A stretch of DNA of 32,000 nucleotides from Bacteroidales bacterium (GCA_038244085.1 JBBRTX010000015.1:4997-36996), one strand, 5' to 3'. Positions 1-8,391 are shown, counted from the first letter of the stretch. The notes: generated from the sequence alone by a model not told the origin. Program-made: numbers and translations.

Positions 1-178
1 CTCCTGTTCCAAAATCATACCAGAGGTTCCTGGATAAATGAACCTTGAAGCTTGGTGTTTTCTCCTGGCGCATGGGACTAAGGAACCAGGCGTTACCATA
101 CCTTATTTTTACAGGACTGTGACCATTTTCCCGAAGGAAATCTATTAACTGTACTCTTCTTGTTTCTGAAAGATTCAT
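1..178 (-). CDS. DNA primase N-terminus (Toprim/CHC2-like, mobile-element type), partial; continues past the window start
   Basis: Not in the ORF track because it is under 60 aa. Manual translation from ATG (reverse complement of 176-178) gives MNLSETRRVQLIDFLRENGHSPVKIRYGNAWFLSPMRQEKTPSFKVHLSRNLWYDFGTG with no stop before position 1. The pattern W(F/Y)LSP.R.EKTPSF.V....N.WYDFG.G matches the N-terminus I recognise from Bacteroidota mobile-element primases. Confidence 0.55.
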   Translation of the reverse strand, partial: MNLSETRRVQLIDFLRENGHSPVKIRYGNAWFLSPMRQEKTPSFKVHLSRNLWYDFGTG

Positions 179-200
179 TTTCTTTTATTTCAGGATTTTT

Positions 201-314
201 GATTTACCGATTTACCAAATTGCCAATGGGTTGATATATAGATATATAAGCGGTAAATAGTAGTAAATGTGGTAAATTTACCATTGATTTACTATTGATT
301 TACCTTTGATTTAC
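201..314. repeat. Iteron-like array flanking an AT-only core; candidate replication origin of the integrated element
   Basis: GATTTAC(C) occurs at 201, 209, 286, 297 and 308, the last three exactly 11 bp apart. The inverted copy (G/A)GTAAAT occurs at 252, 262 and 271. GGTAAATTTACC at 271-282 is a perfect palindrome. A pure A/T stretch ATATATAGATATATAA (234-249) lies between the left and right sets. The array lies between the helicase stop (373) and the primase start (178). Confidence 0.6.
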
Positions 315-372
315 TTAGATACATAAGGGTTTTAGCTGATTAGTAAAAGAAGTAAACGATATTTTCTTGAAA

Positions 373-1737
373 TCAGATTTTCGATTCAACGAAGTCACGG
401 GTAACGATGTAATATTTTCCGGTTGTTTTGGTAAGATTAATCCTAGAGACCATCATTCTCTCCGTATCATCATATTCGTCTTTTATAGAAGGGAAGTCGT
501 ACTTATTATTCTTTGACTGAGGAAGCCTCCATTCCTCTTTCAGGATATAACCGATCTGGGTTGCCAGGCCGGTAATTTGTCTTAACGATTTCTCAAGCTC
601 CTGAGCCAGTCTTACCGGGGTTACATGGATTTCATCTTTGGAGGATTCAAAAGCAAATATGTCTCCGAACCATCTGAGCAGTTCTTTTTGTACGATGCTG
701 CGTGTATATACTCTGATCCTGGTCAGCGCTTCCGTCTCGTAAACCTTGGGATCAAACCACAGCCGGCTTTTCTTGGGATAACAAAGTGTACGGGTTTTTA
801 GAAAATAAAGAAATGCCGGGATCTCTTTTTCCAGTTTATCCATTAACTCGGGGATAAAATCCACAGGTGTGAGCTCCGGAACTTTGACCACAAAAAATCG
901 GTTGTCATCCTCATCCATTTTAATAAAATTATCTTCTGTGTTGCTCGAAAGAACCAGTTTCCCGAAGAAATCCATCCGGATAGTGTCCCTGCCTTTTGCT
1001 TCCATGTTAATAGAATCGGTAGTTGTAAGCCGTTTAATCTTCTCCTTGATGATCGTCTTGTCGATGAAAGACTCATCAATACAAACGATCAGCTTGCTTG
1101 CGTAAAGAGAATTGAAGTTGGTACTGAATTCTTCATTGCCCAGGATGATGGCATTCCGCCCGAAGATGGAGCAAAGCCAACTCATGTAGGTCGATTTTCC
1201 GGTCTCCTGTATTTTCGAGACAAGACAGATGACCGGAAGATTCTGGGTAGGGTTTTCATAAAGGATCTTCAGGTAATCGAGGATGATATCAAATTTGTCC
1301 TGGAAAATACGCGAAAGGAATTTTAGGGTAATGGTCACATCTCCCTGCACTGGTATAAATTTCATCTGCTCATAAAGATTGAAGTAAGCATCCCCGTTAT
1401 GACTGTGCTCTTTCAGATAGGATTCTGAATTATCCGGAATATTGACAAAAGCGATGTACTTTTTAATATGGTTGAAAATTTCTTTTGAATAGTCCCCCAG
1501 GATAACTCCTTTCTTCCATGGTTGCTGAACCGGGAAGCTTTGTTTACGGGCATTGAGAATGTGGCTCAGCCGGTAATAGTCTGTTGCAACCCGGATGTAT
1601 TTTTCTCCTTCACGCTTGAGGATCGTCGTCATGTCATCAGGTTGCTCCTTTACGGCAATTGGACGGGAAGTATTTTCAGACACCCTTTTCGGAAAAGGCT
1701 TATGATTCTTGTGAATTAATTCTTGTTCATTATTCAT
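373..1737 (-). CDS. SF3 helicase / phage-plasmid primase P4-family C-terminal domain protein (VirE/D5-like replication protein)
   Basis: 454-aa ORF. Walker A-like SKIQETGKST, Walker B LIVCIDES, motif C VLSSN, and NRFFVVKV corresponding to the conserved RR..iipF segment of P4/D5-type SF3 helicases. It sits in an int-xis context. Confidence 0.75.
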   Translation of the reverse strand: MNNEQELIHKNHKPFPKRVSENTSRPIAVKEQPDDMTTILKREGEKYIRVATDYYRLSHILNARKQSFPVQQPWKKGVILGDYSKEIFNHIKKYIAFVNIPDNSESYLKEHSHNGDAYFNLYEQMKFIPVQGDVTITLKFLSRIFQDKFDIILDYLKILYENPTQNLPVICLVSKIQETGKSTYMSWLCSIFGRNAIILGNEEFSTNFNSLYASKLIVCIDESFIDKTIIKEKIKRLTTTDSINMEAKGRDTIRMDFFGKLVLSSNTEDNFIKMDEDDNRFFVVKVPELTPVDFIPELMDKLEKEIPAFLYFLKTRTLCYPKKSRLWFDPKVYETEALTRIRVYTRSIVQKELLRWFGDIFAFESSKDEIHVTPVRLAQELEKSLRQITGLATQIGYILKEEWRLPQSKNNKYDFPSIKDEYDDTERMMVSRINLTKTTGKYYIVTRDFVESKI

Positions 1738-1790
1738 ATCTTTGTACTTGAGAGTTTAAATTGTTATCCAGTCATTTAACAGATTAAGAT

Positions 1791-1814
1791 AAAAGCCCGT
1801 TGCTGCGGGCTTTT
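1791..1814 (-). terminator. Rho-independent terminator-like hairpin
   Basis: AAAAGCCCG-TTGCTG-CGGGCTTTT is a perfect 9-bp stem with a 6-nt loop and T-rich flank, lying 28 bp downstream of the 105-aa ORF stop on the minus strand. Confidence 0.5.
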
Positions 1815-1841
1815 ATCGTTAAATATGGGCTTCATGGAAGA

Positions 1842-2159
1842 TCAATAATGCTCAGATTGCTCAAAAATGGTACCCCATGGACCTATGTAAATTGTTGCTC
1901 CTGGCATATCCTTCGCAGCTGTTTCAATTATTCTCAATTCTTCTTCCATTGAAATCACTTTTTCCATCTGGATGACCAGGTGATTGGTCATTCTCTGAAT
2001 TATGCCCAGGACATCAGTTAAATCTTCCGAAGACTGCTTGGAATTTGCTGCACTTTGAATCTTTATTGCCAGTTCGATACATTCACTCATCTTATCGGCA
2101 TGACGGTGAATTGACTTATAATTTTCGATTATATCCATTGATGTGAGATTTTGAATCAT
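1842..2159 (-). CDS. Hypothetical protein (105 aa), element-encoded orphan
   Basis: ORF in the same orientation and tightly spaced between the HTH gene and the helicase. No motif recognised. Confidence 0.45.
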   Translation of the reverse strand: MIQNLTSMDIIENYKSIHRHADKMSECIELAIKIQSAANSKQSSEDLTDVLGIIQRMTNHLVIQMEKVISMEEELRIIETAAKDMPGATIYIGPWGTIFEQSEHY

Positions 2160-2197
2160 TTCCAGGTTCAGGTAAACGACTTTGAGGTGAAAGAGAA

Positions 2198-2536
2198 TTA
2201 TATGACGGAGTTCTTCATCGCCTCTAATACTTCTGATTTCTTGAACAGGATTTTGCGCCCGTGCTGGTAAAAAGGAATTTTCCTGGCTTTTTTCCAGGAA
2301 ATAATTGTCGGCATAGACACCCTCAGAAATTTGGCGACTTCCCTTTGAGAGAGATAAATTTCCTCAGTTTCCTTTATTTCATTTTTCTGAACTGAAATTT
2401 TTGACGATTCCCATTCATTGAGTAATTCAAAGAATTGGTTTTTGTCTTTTATGAGCATTAAAATAGTTTCCATTTGTTTAGATTTATTTAAGATTTCGGC
2501 AAAACTATATCCACCTTTCCCGAAAACAAAGGACAC
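2198..2536 (-). CDS. Helix-turn-helix excisionase-family (HTH_17/MerR-like) DNA-binding protein
   Basis: The C-terminal segment YLSQREVAKFLRVSMPTIISWKKARKIPFYQHGRKILFKKSEVLEAM is the typical Xis/AlpA-type HTH followed by 'I.F....R.i.F...ev'. The true start may be the internal Met at 2473 (METILMLIKD...). Confidence 0.75.
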   Translation of the reverse strand: MSFVFGKGGYSFAEILNKSKQMETILMLIKDKNQFFELLNEWESSKISVQKNEIKETEEIYLSQREVAKFLRVSMPTIISWKKARKIPFYQHGRKILFKKSEVLEAMKNSVI

Positions 2537-2610
2537 TTCATTTTGTTGGAATTAACTGAAAACAAGCAGATTAAATTTAATGAAAAATTCAGGTAATTGA
2601 TGAAAGTCAA

Positions 2611-2850
2611 AGGAGACCACGCATGAGAGAACCCCGGGTTTGGTAAACCAGGGACAGATAGTGGCAAAGTTATTTTAGACGAGTTTCAGATAGAACCTGG
2701 GGACAATCCAGAGACAAAAAGTGAGGAAGTTATTTTAGAAGAGTGTCTGATAGAACCTGGGGACAACCCGGGGACAACCCGGGGACAAAAACCGGCAAAC
2801 TTTATTATAAATATTCCGGGGACAAGTTGGAGACAATCCAGAGAAAAAAA
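2611..2850. repeat. Phased 11-bp GGRGACAA repeat array plus a 60-bp tandem duplication (int-xis intergenic region)
   Basis: GGGGACAA at 2699, 2759, 2770, 2781 and 2818. AGAGACAA at 2710 and GGAGACAA at 2829, each 11 bp after a GGGGACAA, plus GGGACA at 2651. 2759/2770/2781 form three consecutive 11-bp units CCCGGGGACAA. Segments 2650-2709 and 2710-2769 are near-identical 60-bp units (...AAGTTATTTTAGA.GAGT.TC.GATAGAACCTGGGGACAA). Confidence 0.7.
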
Positions 2851-2874
2851 ATGAGCAAAAAAAGTAACAGTGTT

Positions 2875-4131
2875 TTAAACACCGGGCTTTTCAGATGAAG
2901 TTTGTTTATCCCATGCAAATTTTAAGGCTTCCTTTTTATGTTCCTCTGCAATTTTAATGTACTTGTTAAAGCTGCTGTCTTTCTTATGCCCCGTGATGCT
3001 TTTAATGATCTTTGTGTCCATACCAAAAATAAAGCTCAAGGTGACAAAGGTTTTACGTGCAACGTGGTTCGTAATGAATTGATATTTGGGTTTTACCACC
3101 GTTTTTACTTTGCCACCCACATATTGTTGAATCCTTACAGACTCATTCATTTTAATCTCTTCACAACAATCCTTGATATAATCATTTAATTTTTGCGGTG
3201 AAATGGTAGGGAAGACTGACACCAAGTCCTCTTGATATTTCAGAAGTATATCTTTAGCAAACCGGTTTAATGGTATCCTTTCAATTTTCTGCGTTTTAAC
3301 AATAGTCTTTTGAATTTCATCATCCTTGATATGCTCTCGTTTTAAATCACGAAGATCGGAGACCCTGAGGCCGGTGAAGCACATAAAACAGAATAAATCC
3401 CTTGCCTGACTGAGTTTTTTGGATTCGAATTCATGATTGAGTAGTTGGAACAATTCATCTTTAGTTAGATAAATGATTTCCTTTTCCCGTTCCGGCGTGG
3501 AAAATTTCTTGTGGGTAAGGGTTTTAACATATTTTCTTTCATATGCCCAATTCATAAATGATTTAAGAACATTGACAATCTTAGAAAAATAATTGTCCTG
3601 AACTCCCCTGACTGAGAAAGCATAAGTCCGGAACCGATCAAAGAATAAGGTATCGATAGAATTGATATCAATTTTTTTCCCGGAGGCTTCTTCAAAATCG
3701 AGAAGGAACTGTTTCACCGTATTATAACCCTTCACCGTCCATTGGGCCCTGATCGGCTTACTCGTTTCTATATATTCATCAAAAAGAGAGAAGAAAGATC
3801 TTGTGTTTAACTTTTCTTCTTTAACTGAAATTGAATTCTTCAAATAAGCTTCGGTTATCGGTATATGTTCTGCAATTGCCTTGGCTATAGCATTTGTTGC
3901 ACGTTTGTAATATGCTTCAATAGTTTTGTTAATAGCCTCATAGTGATTATCTTCTTCATTTGCGTGAGGAGATTTCACTTTCTCATTTTTTTGGCTCCAG
4001 TATTTTTGATGGACTGAATATCCGACAAAAAAAACGGTCCTCGAACTATCATGAGTAATTCTCATGATTATCGGTTTTTGCCCTTTTTTATTCTTTTTTC
4101 CTGGTTTTAAATAAAAATGTACATTTGCCAT
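2875..4131 (-). CDS. Tyrosine site-specific recombinase (phage-integrase family, Bacteroidota type)
   Basis: N-terminus MANVHFYLKPGKKNKKGQKPIIMRITHDS, typical of Bacteroidota integrases with an Arm-DNA-binding plus SAM-like N-domain. Catalytic-domain motifs TGLRVSDLRDL (Arg I), HVARKTF (His/Arg II), ITGHKK and final FNKYIKI (Tyr). The ORF track starts at 4161; the Met at 4131 is the more likely start. Confidence 0.9.
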   Translation of the reverse strand: MANVHFYLKPGKKNKKGQKPIIMRITHDSSRTVFFVGYSVHQKYWSQKNEKVKSPHANEEDNHYEAINKTIEAYYKRATNAIAKAIAEHIPITEAYLKNSISVKEEKLNTRSFFSLFDEYIETSKPIRAQWTVKGYNTVKQFLLDFEEASGKKIDINSIDTLFFDRFRTYAFSVRGVQDNYFSKIVNVLKSFMNWAYERKYVKTLTHKKFSTPEREKEIIYLTKDELFQLLNHEFESKKLSQARDLFCFMCFTGLRVSDLRDLKREHIKDDEIQKTIVKTQKIERIPLNRFAKDILLKYQEDLVSVFPTISPQKLNDYIKDCCEEIKMNESVRIQQYVGGKVKTVVKPKYQFITNHVARKTFVTLSFIFGMDTKIIKSITGHKKDSSFNKYIKIAEEHKKEALKFAWDKQTSSEKPGV

Positions 4132-4339
4132 ATTAACGGAAATATTAATGATATCAGGCAAAGTTAAAATAAAAATGGGTACCCAAACAGAGTACCCAAA
4201 ATATTATAAAAACTCATTTTTATTCATTTAAATCCTTTCAGGAAAAAATATTAAATGGTTGATATACAGTTAATATGTTAAAGTAGATTAAAATTCATGT
4301 AACTATCGAGTAGTCCTGTTCCGGGCACAAAAACAACTC

Positions 4340-4370
4340 AAAACCCGCTTCAATGGCGGGTTTTGTATTT
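4340..4370 (+). terminator. Orphan rho-independent terminator-like hairpin
   Basis: AAAACCCGC-TTCAATG-GCGGGTTTT followed by GTATTTT. No annotated plus-strand gene lies upstream of it. Confidence 0.4.
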
Positions 4371-4801
4371 TAGTGCATCCTGAAGAGTAATCAAAAGATT
4401 TTTTATTGGTTATGGAATCCACGAATCAGTTGCAAAATAAGAATCCTGCGAGGCCACTTCAAATTTGCCTCACTTGGCGGGATTGTCGGGAACGGTATGC
4501 GTGAATTGTGTAACTTATTTAAGAAATTGTGTAACGCATCTCAGGAGAAAAGTTTCCATATTTGTAACGTAAATATACTAATTATCAATATGTTAGAAAG
4601 TGTCAACCCGATTACTACATGAAAGATCCCTTTTCACCATCATTTCCAATTCATTCCGGTTTTGTTCTTGGGTTATTCCATTTCAAAGAAGAGGGGATCG
4701 GATGAGCGATGATTTTTTGGTCACAGAGGCAGGTTTGTTGACATCGTAATTTATTTATTAAGCAGGAAGATTGTATGACTTTAGAATCAGGAATTGTAAA
4801 T

Positions 4802-5791
4802 ATGTTTAGATCGGTTTTTTTATCACTTCTGTTTGTTTTGTCTTTCCAGTCTTTCGTCTCCGCGCAGGAAACGAAGCGTGATTCGATAAAGGATGCAAAG
4901 CACGATTCGGTAAAGGAGGTAAGGCATGATTCGATCCGGGCTGCAAAACTAGATACCATCCCGGGATCAAAGGGGAAGTTGGATGTTGCTCCTGAAACCA
5001 GGCAGGAGAAGAAGCAGGAGAAGGCATTATACAGTTTCGCTCAATTCGGTCGTGAGACATGGTTATTTGTTAAGCAACCGCTCAGATGGAAAGGGATGGA
5101 CTGGCTCAAAGTCGGGGTAATCGCCGGAGGAACCGCTTTACTAACGCTTGGAGATGCTCCGATTCGCAATGCCGCGCAAGACCCTACCAAGAGTCCGGAA
5201 AGAAATTATCATATTTTGGCCGAAGGGGGCAGAATATATGGTGAATGGTACTCGATTGGAGCCCTGGTAGGAGGCTTTGGGATTTATGGGCTGATCGCCC
5301 GTGATACACTTGCAAAAAAAATGGCCATCGAATTGTTCCAGGCGGGTGTTTATTCGGAATTGGTAACTGAGATCTTAAAAGTGGTTATTGGAAGGGCCCG
5401 ACCTTATGAGAATGTAGGATCAGGCACTTTTCATCCATTCACCTTGCTGGATGTTGGCTACAACTCATTTCCGAGCGGGCATTCAACCAGTGCATTTGCA
5501 CTGTCAACCGTGATGTCCAGGCATGCCAATTCCCTTGCGCTGAAAATTCTAATCTATGTGCCTGCAGGAATCACTTTATTCTCCCGGATATACCAGGATA
5601 AGCATTGGGTTTCCGATGAATTGATCGGAGCAGCCGTAGGTTTTTTTGTTGGTAACTGGGTGGTTGATCTTCATGAAGCAAAACGACACCGCATTAATGT
5701 TGCTGTTACTTCTGTCTATCCTCCGGCTATTTCGATCGACCTTGACAGGTTGTTGACCAAACAGCGCGATATTCCCAGATCAAACCCCTGA
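4802..5791 (+). CDS. PAP2-superfamily (type 2 phosphatidic acid / acid) phosphatase, secreted or membrane-associated
   Basis: All three PAP2 motifs are present: KVVIGRARP, PSGHS and SRIYQDKHWVSD. Signal peptide MFRSVFLSLLFVLSFQSFVSAQE from the Met at 4802; the ORF track starts at 4775. Confidence 0.85.
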   Translation: MFRSVFLSLLFVLSFQSFVSAQETKRDSIKDAKHDSVKEVRHDSIRAAKLDTIPGSKGKLDVAPETRQEKKQEKALYSFAQFGRETWLFVKQPLRWKGMDWLKVGVIAGGTALLTLGDAPIRNAAQDPTKSPERNYHILAEGGRIYGEWYSIGALVGGFGIYGLIARDTLAKKMAIELFQAGVYSELVTEILKVVIGRARPYENVGSGTFHPFTLLDVGYNSFPSGHSTSAFALSTVMSRHANSLALKILIYVPAGITLFSRIYQDKHWVSDELIGAAVGFFVGNWVVDLHEAKRHRINVAVTSVYPPAISIDLDRLLTKQRDIPRSNP

Positions 5792-5885
5792 TCACCCTGC
5801 AAGGCAATAACAGGAACAAAATTAATTGTCCTCGTATCAAGACTGGTTGGGATATCAGCGATTAACTGCTATAAATATCGTCAGA

Positions 5886-8033
5886 CTAACGGGGTACTTT
5901 CATCTCATCCAGGATAAATCCTGCATTTCCGAATTTTTCCGTCACATACAAAACATACCTGATGTCTACAGAAATTGTCCGCTGGAGATCATAATCATAC
6001 TTCCAGTCGCTGATCATTGCCTCATAGTTGCCATCGAAAGCGACCCCGATCAATTCACCATTGGCATTCATGACGGGACTGCCGCTGTTTCCCCCGGTGA
6101 TATCGCACTGGTTGAGGAATGCAACAGGAACATCTTTCAACAGCGGATCCATCCACCTGCCAAAATCCTTCTTTTCAGAAAGATCCAGCAACTTTTCAGG
6201 TGCATTGAATGGCTCTTCCCCGGTATTCTTTTCCACAACTCCCTGCAGTGACGTAAACGGATCATACCATACTGCATTTCTTGGTTTATAGCCTTTCACA
6301 TTGCCGTATGTGAAACGGATGGTGCTATTGGCATCCGGATACATCCCGGTACCTTTCCATGCAAACAAACCATCCATATAATCTTTTCTCAGTGCCGTAA
6401 CATTTGATCCGAATTTCTGGTTGGCCTCCTGAATTTCCCGGGCCATCGGATCGATGCTGATTGTCATCTTCAGGAATGGATCATTCAGGGCTTCCAGCTC
6501 TTTCACTGTTTTACGGAACAATGGTTTAACATAATTCAGATCATTCATTTTGGAGGTTTTAAATGTTTCGTCGACAAACTGTTCAATGGTTTTGGATTTG
6601 TCGGTAAAAACATATTCAAGGCCGGTGATTCGGTGACCGGGAGGAAGGGCTGATGCCATTTTCAGTGCGCGGATCATTAACGCCTTATCCACCGGTTCGT
6701 AATAGTTTTCATAAGTGAACTGCAATTGTTCGATGACATTGTCAATGGTTTTATCGGTAATTCCCGGATCACGCTCGCTTTCCGGCTTTTCAAATTGCTG
6801 AGCGATATACAGGATCTGGGAAGCAATACTCAACTGAGTTCCTCCGAGTCCCTGAAGGACTCCAATGACATTATTTTGCTCCCATGTTTTTTCAAGGACT
6901 TTATATTCTTCCTTTTCCTTTGAGAGGATGTCTCCATATTTCGTCTTCCTGGCCGGATCGCTGTTTACCCATTTCAGGAAGTCCTTTTCAAAATCTAACT
7001 TGCTTACCAGAAAACGGGTTTTCTTCATTCCTTCTACTTTCCCTTCATAATTTTTCATCGTATTGGCAAGTCCCTTGACAAGGCTGGCTTCCTTTAGTTT
7101 TCCTTCAGGATCATTTTTTGTTAACTCATCTACAAGGTTGATGACTTCCCTGAAATTCATGATAGAGAAAGGATAATTGTATTCCTGGTTCCAGTGAACG
7201 GATGTTGAAGAACGATAACGGGTGGTGAAACCCGGGAAGCCGATGATGAAAGTGAAATCGCCTTCTTTCAGGTTTTCCTTTGCCACTTTCAGCCAGATCT
7301 TCGGTTTATAAGGAACATTATCGGTGTTGTATTCTTTGCCAAATCCATCCGGCGACACATAGGCTCTCATGAACGAGAAATCGCCAGTATGTCTAGGCCA
7401 CATCCAGTTGTCGGTTTCCCCTCCGAAATTCCCGATGGAAAGCGGAGGTGAGTATACGATCCGGATATCCTTAAATTGCTTGTAAACATAAAGAATGTAT
7501 TGTTTTCCATTATACATCTGGGCGATATTCGCCACCACATCTTCTTTGCCTTTTTCGATTGTTTCCGTCATCAGTTCTATTTTTGCATTGATTTTTTTAT
7601 CCCGTTCTACCGGATCGCTGATCCCTTTTCCTGCTTCAGCGACTTCGTTGGTTACATCTTTCATTTCGGTCATGAGGAGCGCCTGATAACCAGGGGCCTT
7701 TAACTCTTCCGAGTGTTTGGAAGCAAGAAATCCATTGGTAAGATAATCGCTGTTAACGGTTGAAGAACGTTGCAATGCTGTAAAGGCGACATGGTGATTG
7801 GTTATAATAAGTCCTTCTGATGAAACGAACGAGGCAGACCCCCCTCCAAGTTGAAGAACAGCCTGGCACAATGCAGGTTTGTCCGGGCTGTAAACATCAG
7901 AAATTCCGATCTTCATACCTTTCTTTGCCATGTCAAGCTGGGGAAGTTGCGACAATAACCACATTCCCTCCTGAGCTTGAGCCATTGATAGGATGATAAA
8001 GGATAGAACTAAAGTTGATGCGAATTTTTTCAT
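5886..8033 (-). CDS. Peptidase family S46 dipeptidyl-peptidase (DPP7/DPP11-like)
   Basis: Signal peptide followed by QEGMWLL (S46 N-terminal signature). Catalytic His in ITNHHVA and catalytic Ser in TGGNSGSPV. About 715 aa, typical for the family. Start taken at MKKFASTL (8033). Confidence 0.9.
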   Translation of the reverse strand: MKKFASTLVLSFIILSMAQAQEGMWLLSQLPQLDMAKKGMKIGISDVYSPDKPALCQAVLQLGGGSASFVSSEGLIITNHHVAFTALQRSSTVNSDYLTNGFLASKHSEELKAPGYQALLMTEMKDVTNEVAEAGKGISDPVERDKKINAKIELMTETIEKGKEDVVANIAQMYNGKQYILYVYKQFKDIRIVYSPPLSIGNFGGETDNWMWPRHTGDFSFMRAYVSPDGFGKEYNTDNVPYKPKIWLKVAKENLKEGDFTFIIGFPGFTTRYRSSTSVHWNQEYNYPFSIMNFREVINLVDELTKNDPEGKLKEASLVKGLANTMKNYEGKVEGMKKTRFLVSKLDFEKDFLKWVNSDPARKTKYGDILSKEKEEYKVLEKTWEQNNVIGVLQGLGGTQLSIASQILYIAQQFEKPESERDPGITDKTIDNVIEQLQFTYENYYEPVDKALMIRALKMASALPPGHRITGLEYVFTDKSKTIEQFVDETFKTSKMNDLNYVKPLFRKTVKELEALNDPFLKMTISIDPMAREIQEANQKFGSNVTALRKDYMDGLFAWKGTGMYPDANSTIRFTYGNVKGYKPRNAVWYDPFTSLQGVVEKNTGEEPFNAPEKLLDLSEKKDFGRWMDPLLKDVPVAFLNQCDITGGNSGSPVMNANGELIGVAFDGNYEAMISDWKYDYDLQRTISVDIRYVLYVTEKFGNAGFILDEMKVPR

Positions 8034-8391
8034 AATACCTCGTTTTAAAATGTAAAGCAATTTCAGAAAATTTGCAAAATATGAGTCTAAAGATAGATCG
8101 GAAAGTTAAAAAAAACAATATAAATCGGTACAATAGTGGGTTTAAACGGTAACCAGCTCAGAACAGTCACCTCTGGCAAATAGCATCTTACTGAAATGTG
8201 TTGTATCTTGCATACTATTCAAGGTTGGTCATTTGAATACCGTTTTTGCAGGTAGCAGTTCACTTAAAAAGTATTTTTCCAGAAATGTTTCAATCATTGA
8301 CCAACAGTAGCATCTATTGGAAAATGAAACTGTAAAGACATCAACAGATCTTGGGTCTGGCGAGTATTTTTACCAATTTGTTTGCATCCTC

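Larger units (their letters stand above)
1..4200 (-). mobile_element. Integrase-proximal part of an integrated, probably self-replicating element (int, xis-like, orphan, SF3 helicase, ori-like iterons, primase); left end outside the window, right boundary approximate
   Basis: Co-oriented int / HTH-Xis / helicase / primase module with two repeat arrays. The right boundary must lie between the integrase start (4131) and the PAP2 gene. No flanking tRNA was found and no second att copy is visible in the window. Confidence 0.6.

Noticed and set aside
2650-2850. Possible CRISPR array suggested by regularly spaced GGGGACAA repeats
   Set aside because: The units are only 8-11 bp and directly abut one another, with no unique spacers of 25-40 bp. 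No cas genes are present and the array sits inside a mobile-element regulatory region.
4132-4774. Search for a tRNA or tmRNA integration target next to the integrase
   Set aside because: No cloverleaf could be built. The only TTCAAAT T-loop-like string (about 4456-4462) lacks a pairing T-stem and acceptor stem. A covariance-model scan would be needed to be definitive.
4651-4959. 102-aa and 84-aa minus-strand ORFs (4651-4959 and 4806-5060) antisense to the PAP2 gene
   Set aside because: They overlap the well-supported PAP2 coding region and its repeat segment, have low-complexity repeat-derived sequence, and carry no motifs. They are judged to be antisense artefacts.
5886-8033. Assigning the S46 peptidase specifically to DPP7 or DPP11
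   Set aside because: Subtype depends on a single S1-pocket residue (Gly versus Arg) that I cannot place reliably without an alignment, so the call is kept at family level.
5826-8133. Multiple 60-140-aa plus-strand ORFs and one upstream minus-strand ORF (7933-8133) overlapping the S46 peptidase gene
   Set aside because: All lie within or against a strongly supported 2.1-kb coding region and have no recognisable motifs. They are typical shadow ORFs. The same reasoning applies to the shadow ORFs inside the kinase, TPR, GH13, glgB and malQ genes.
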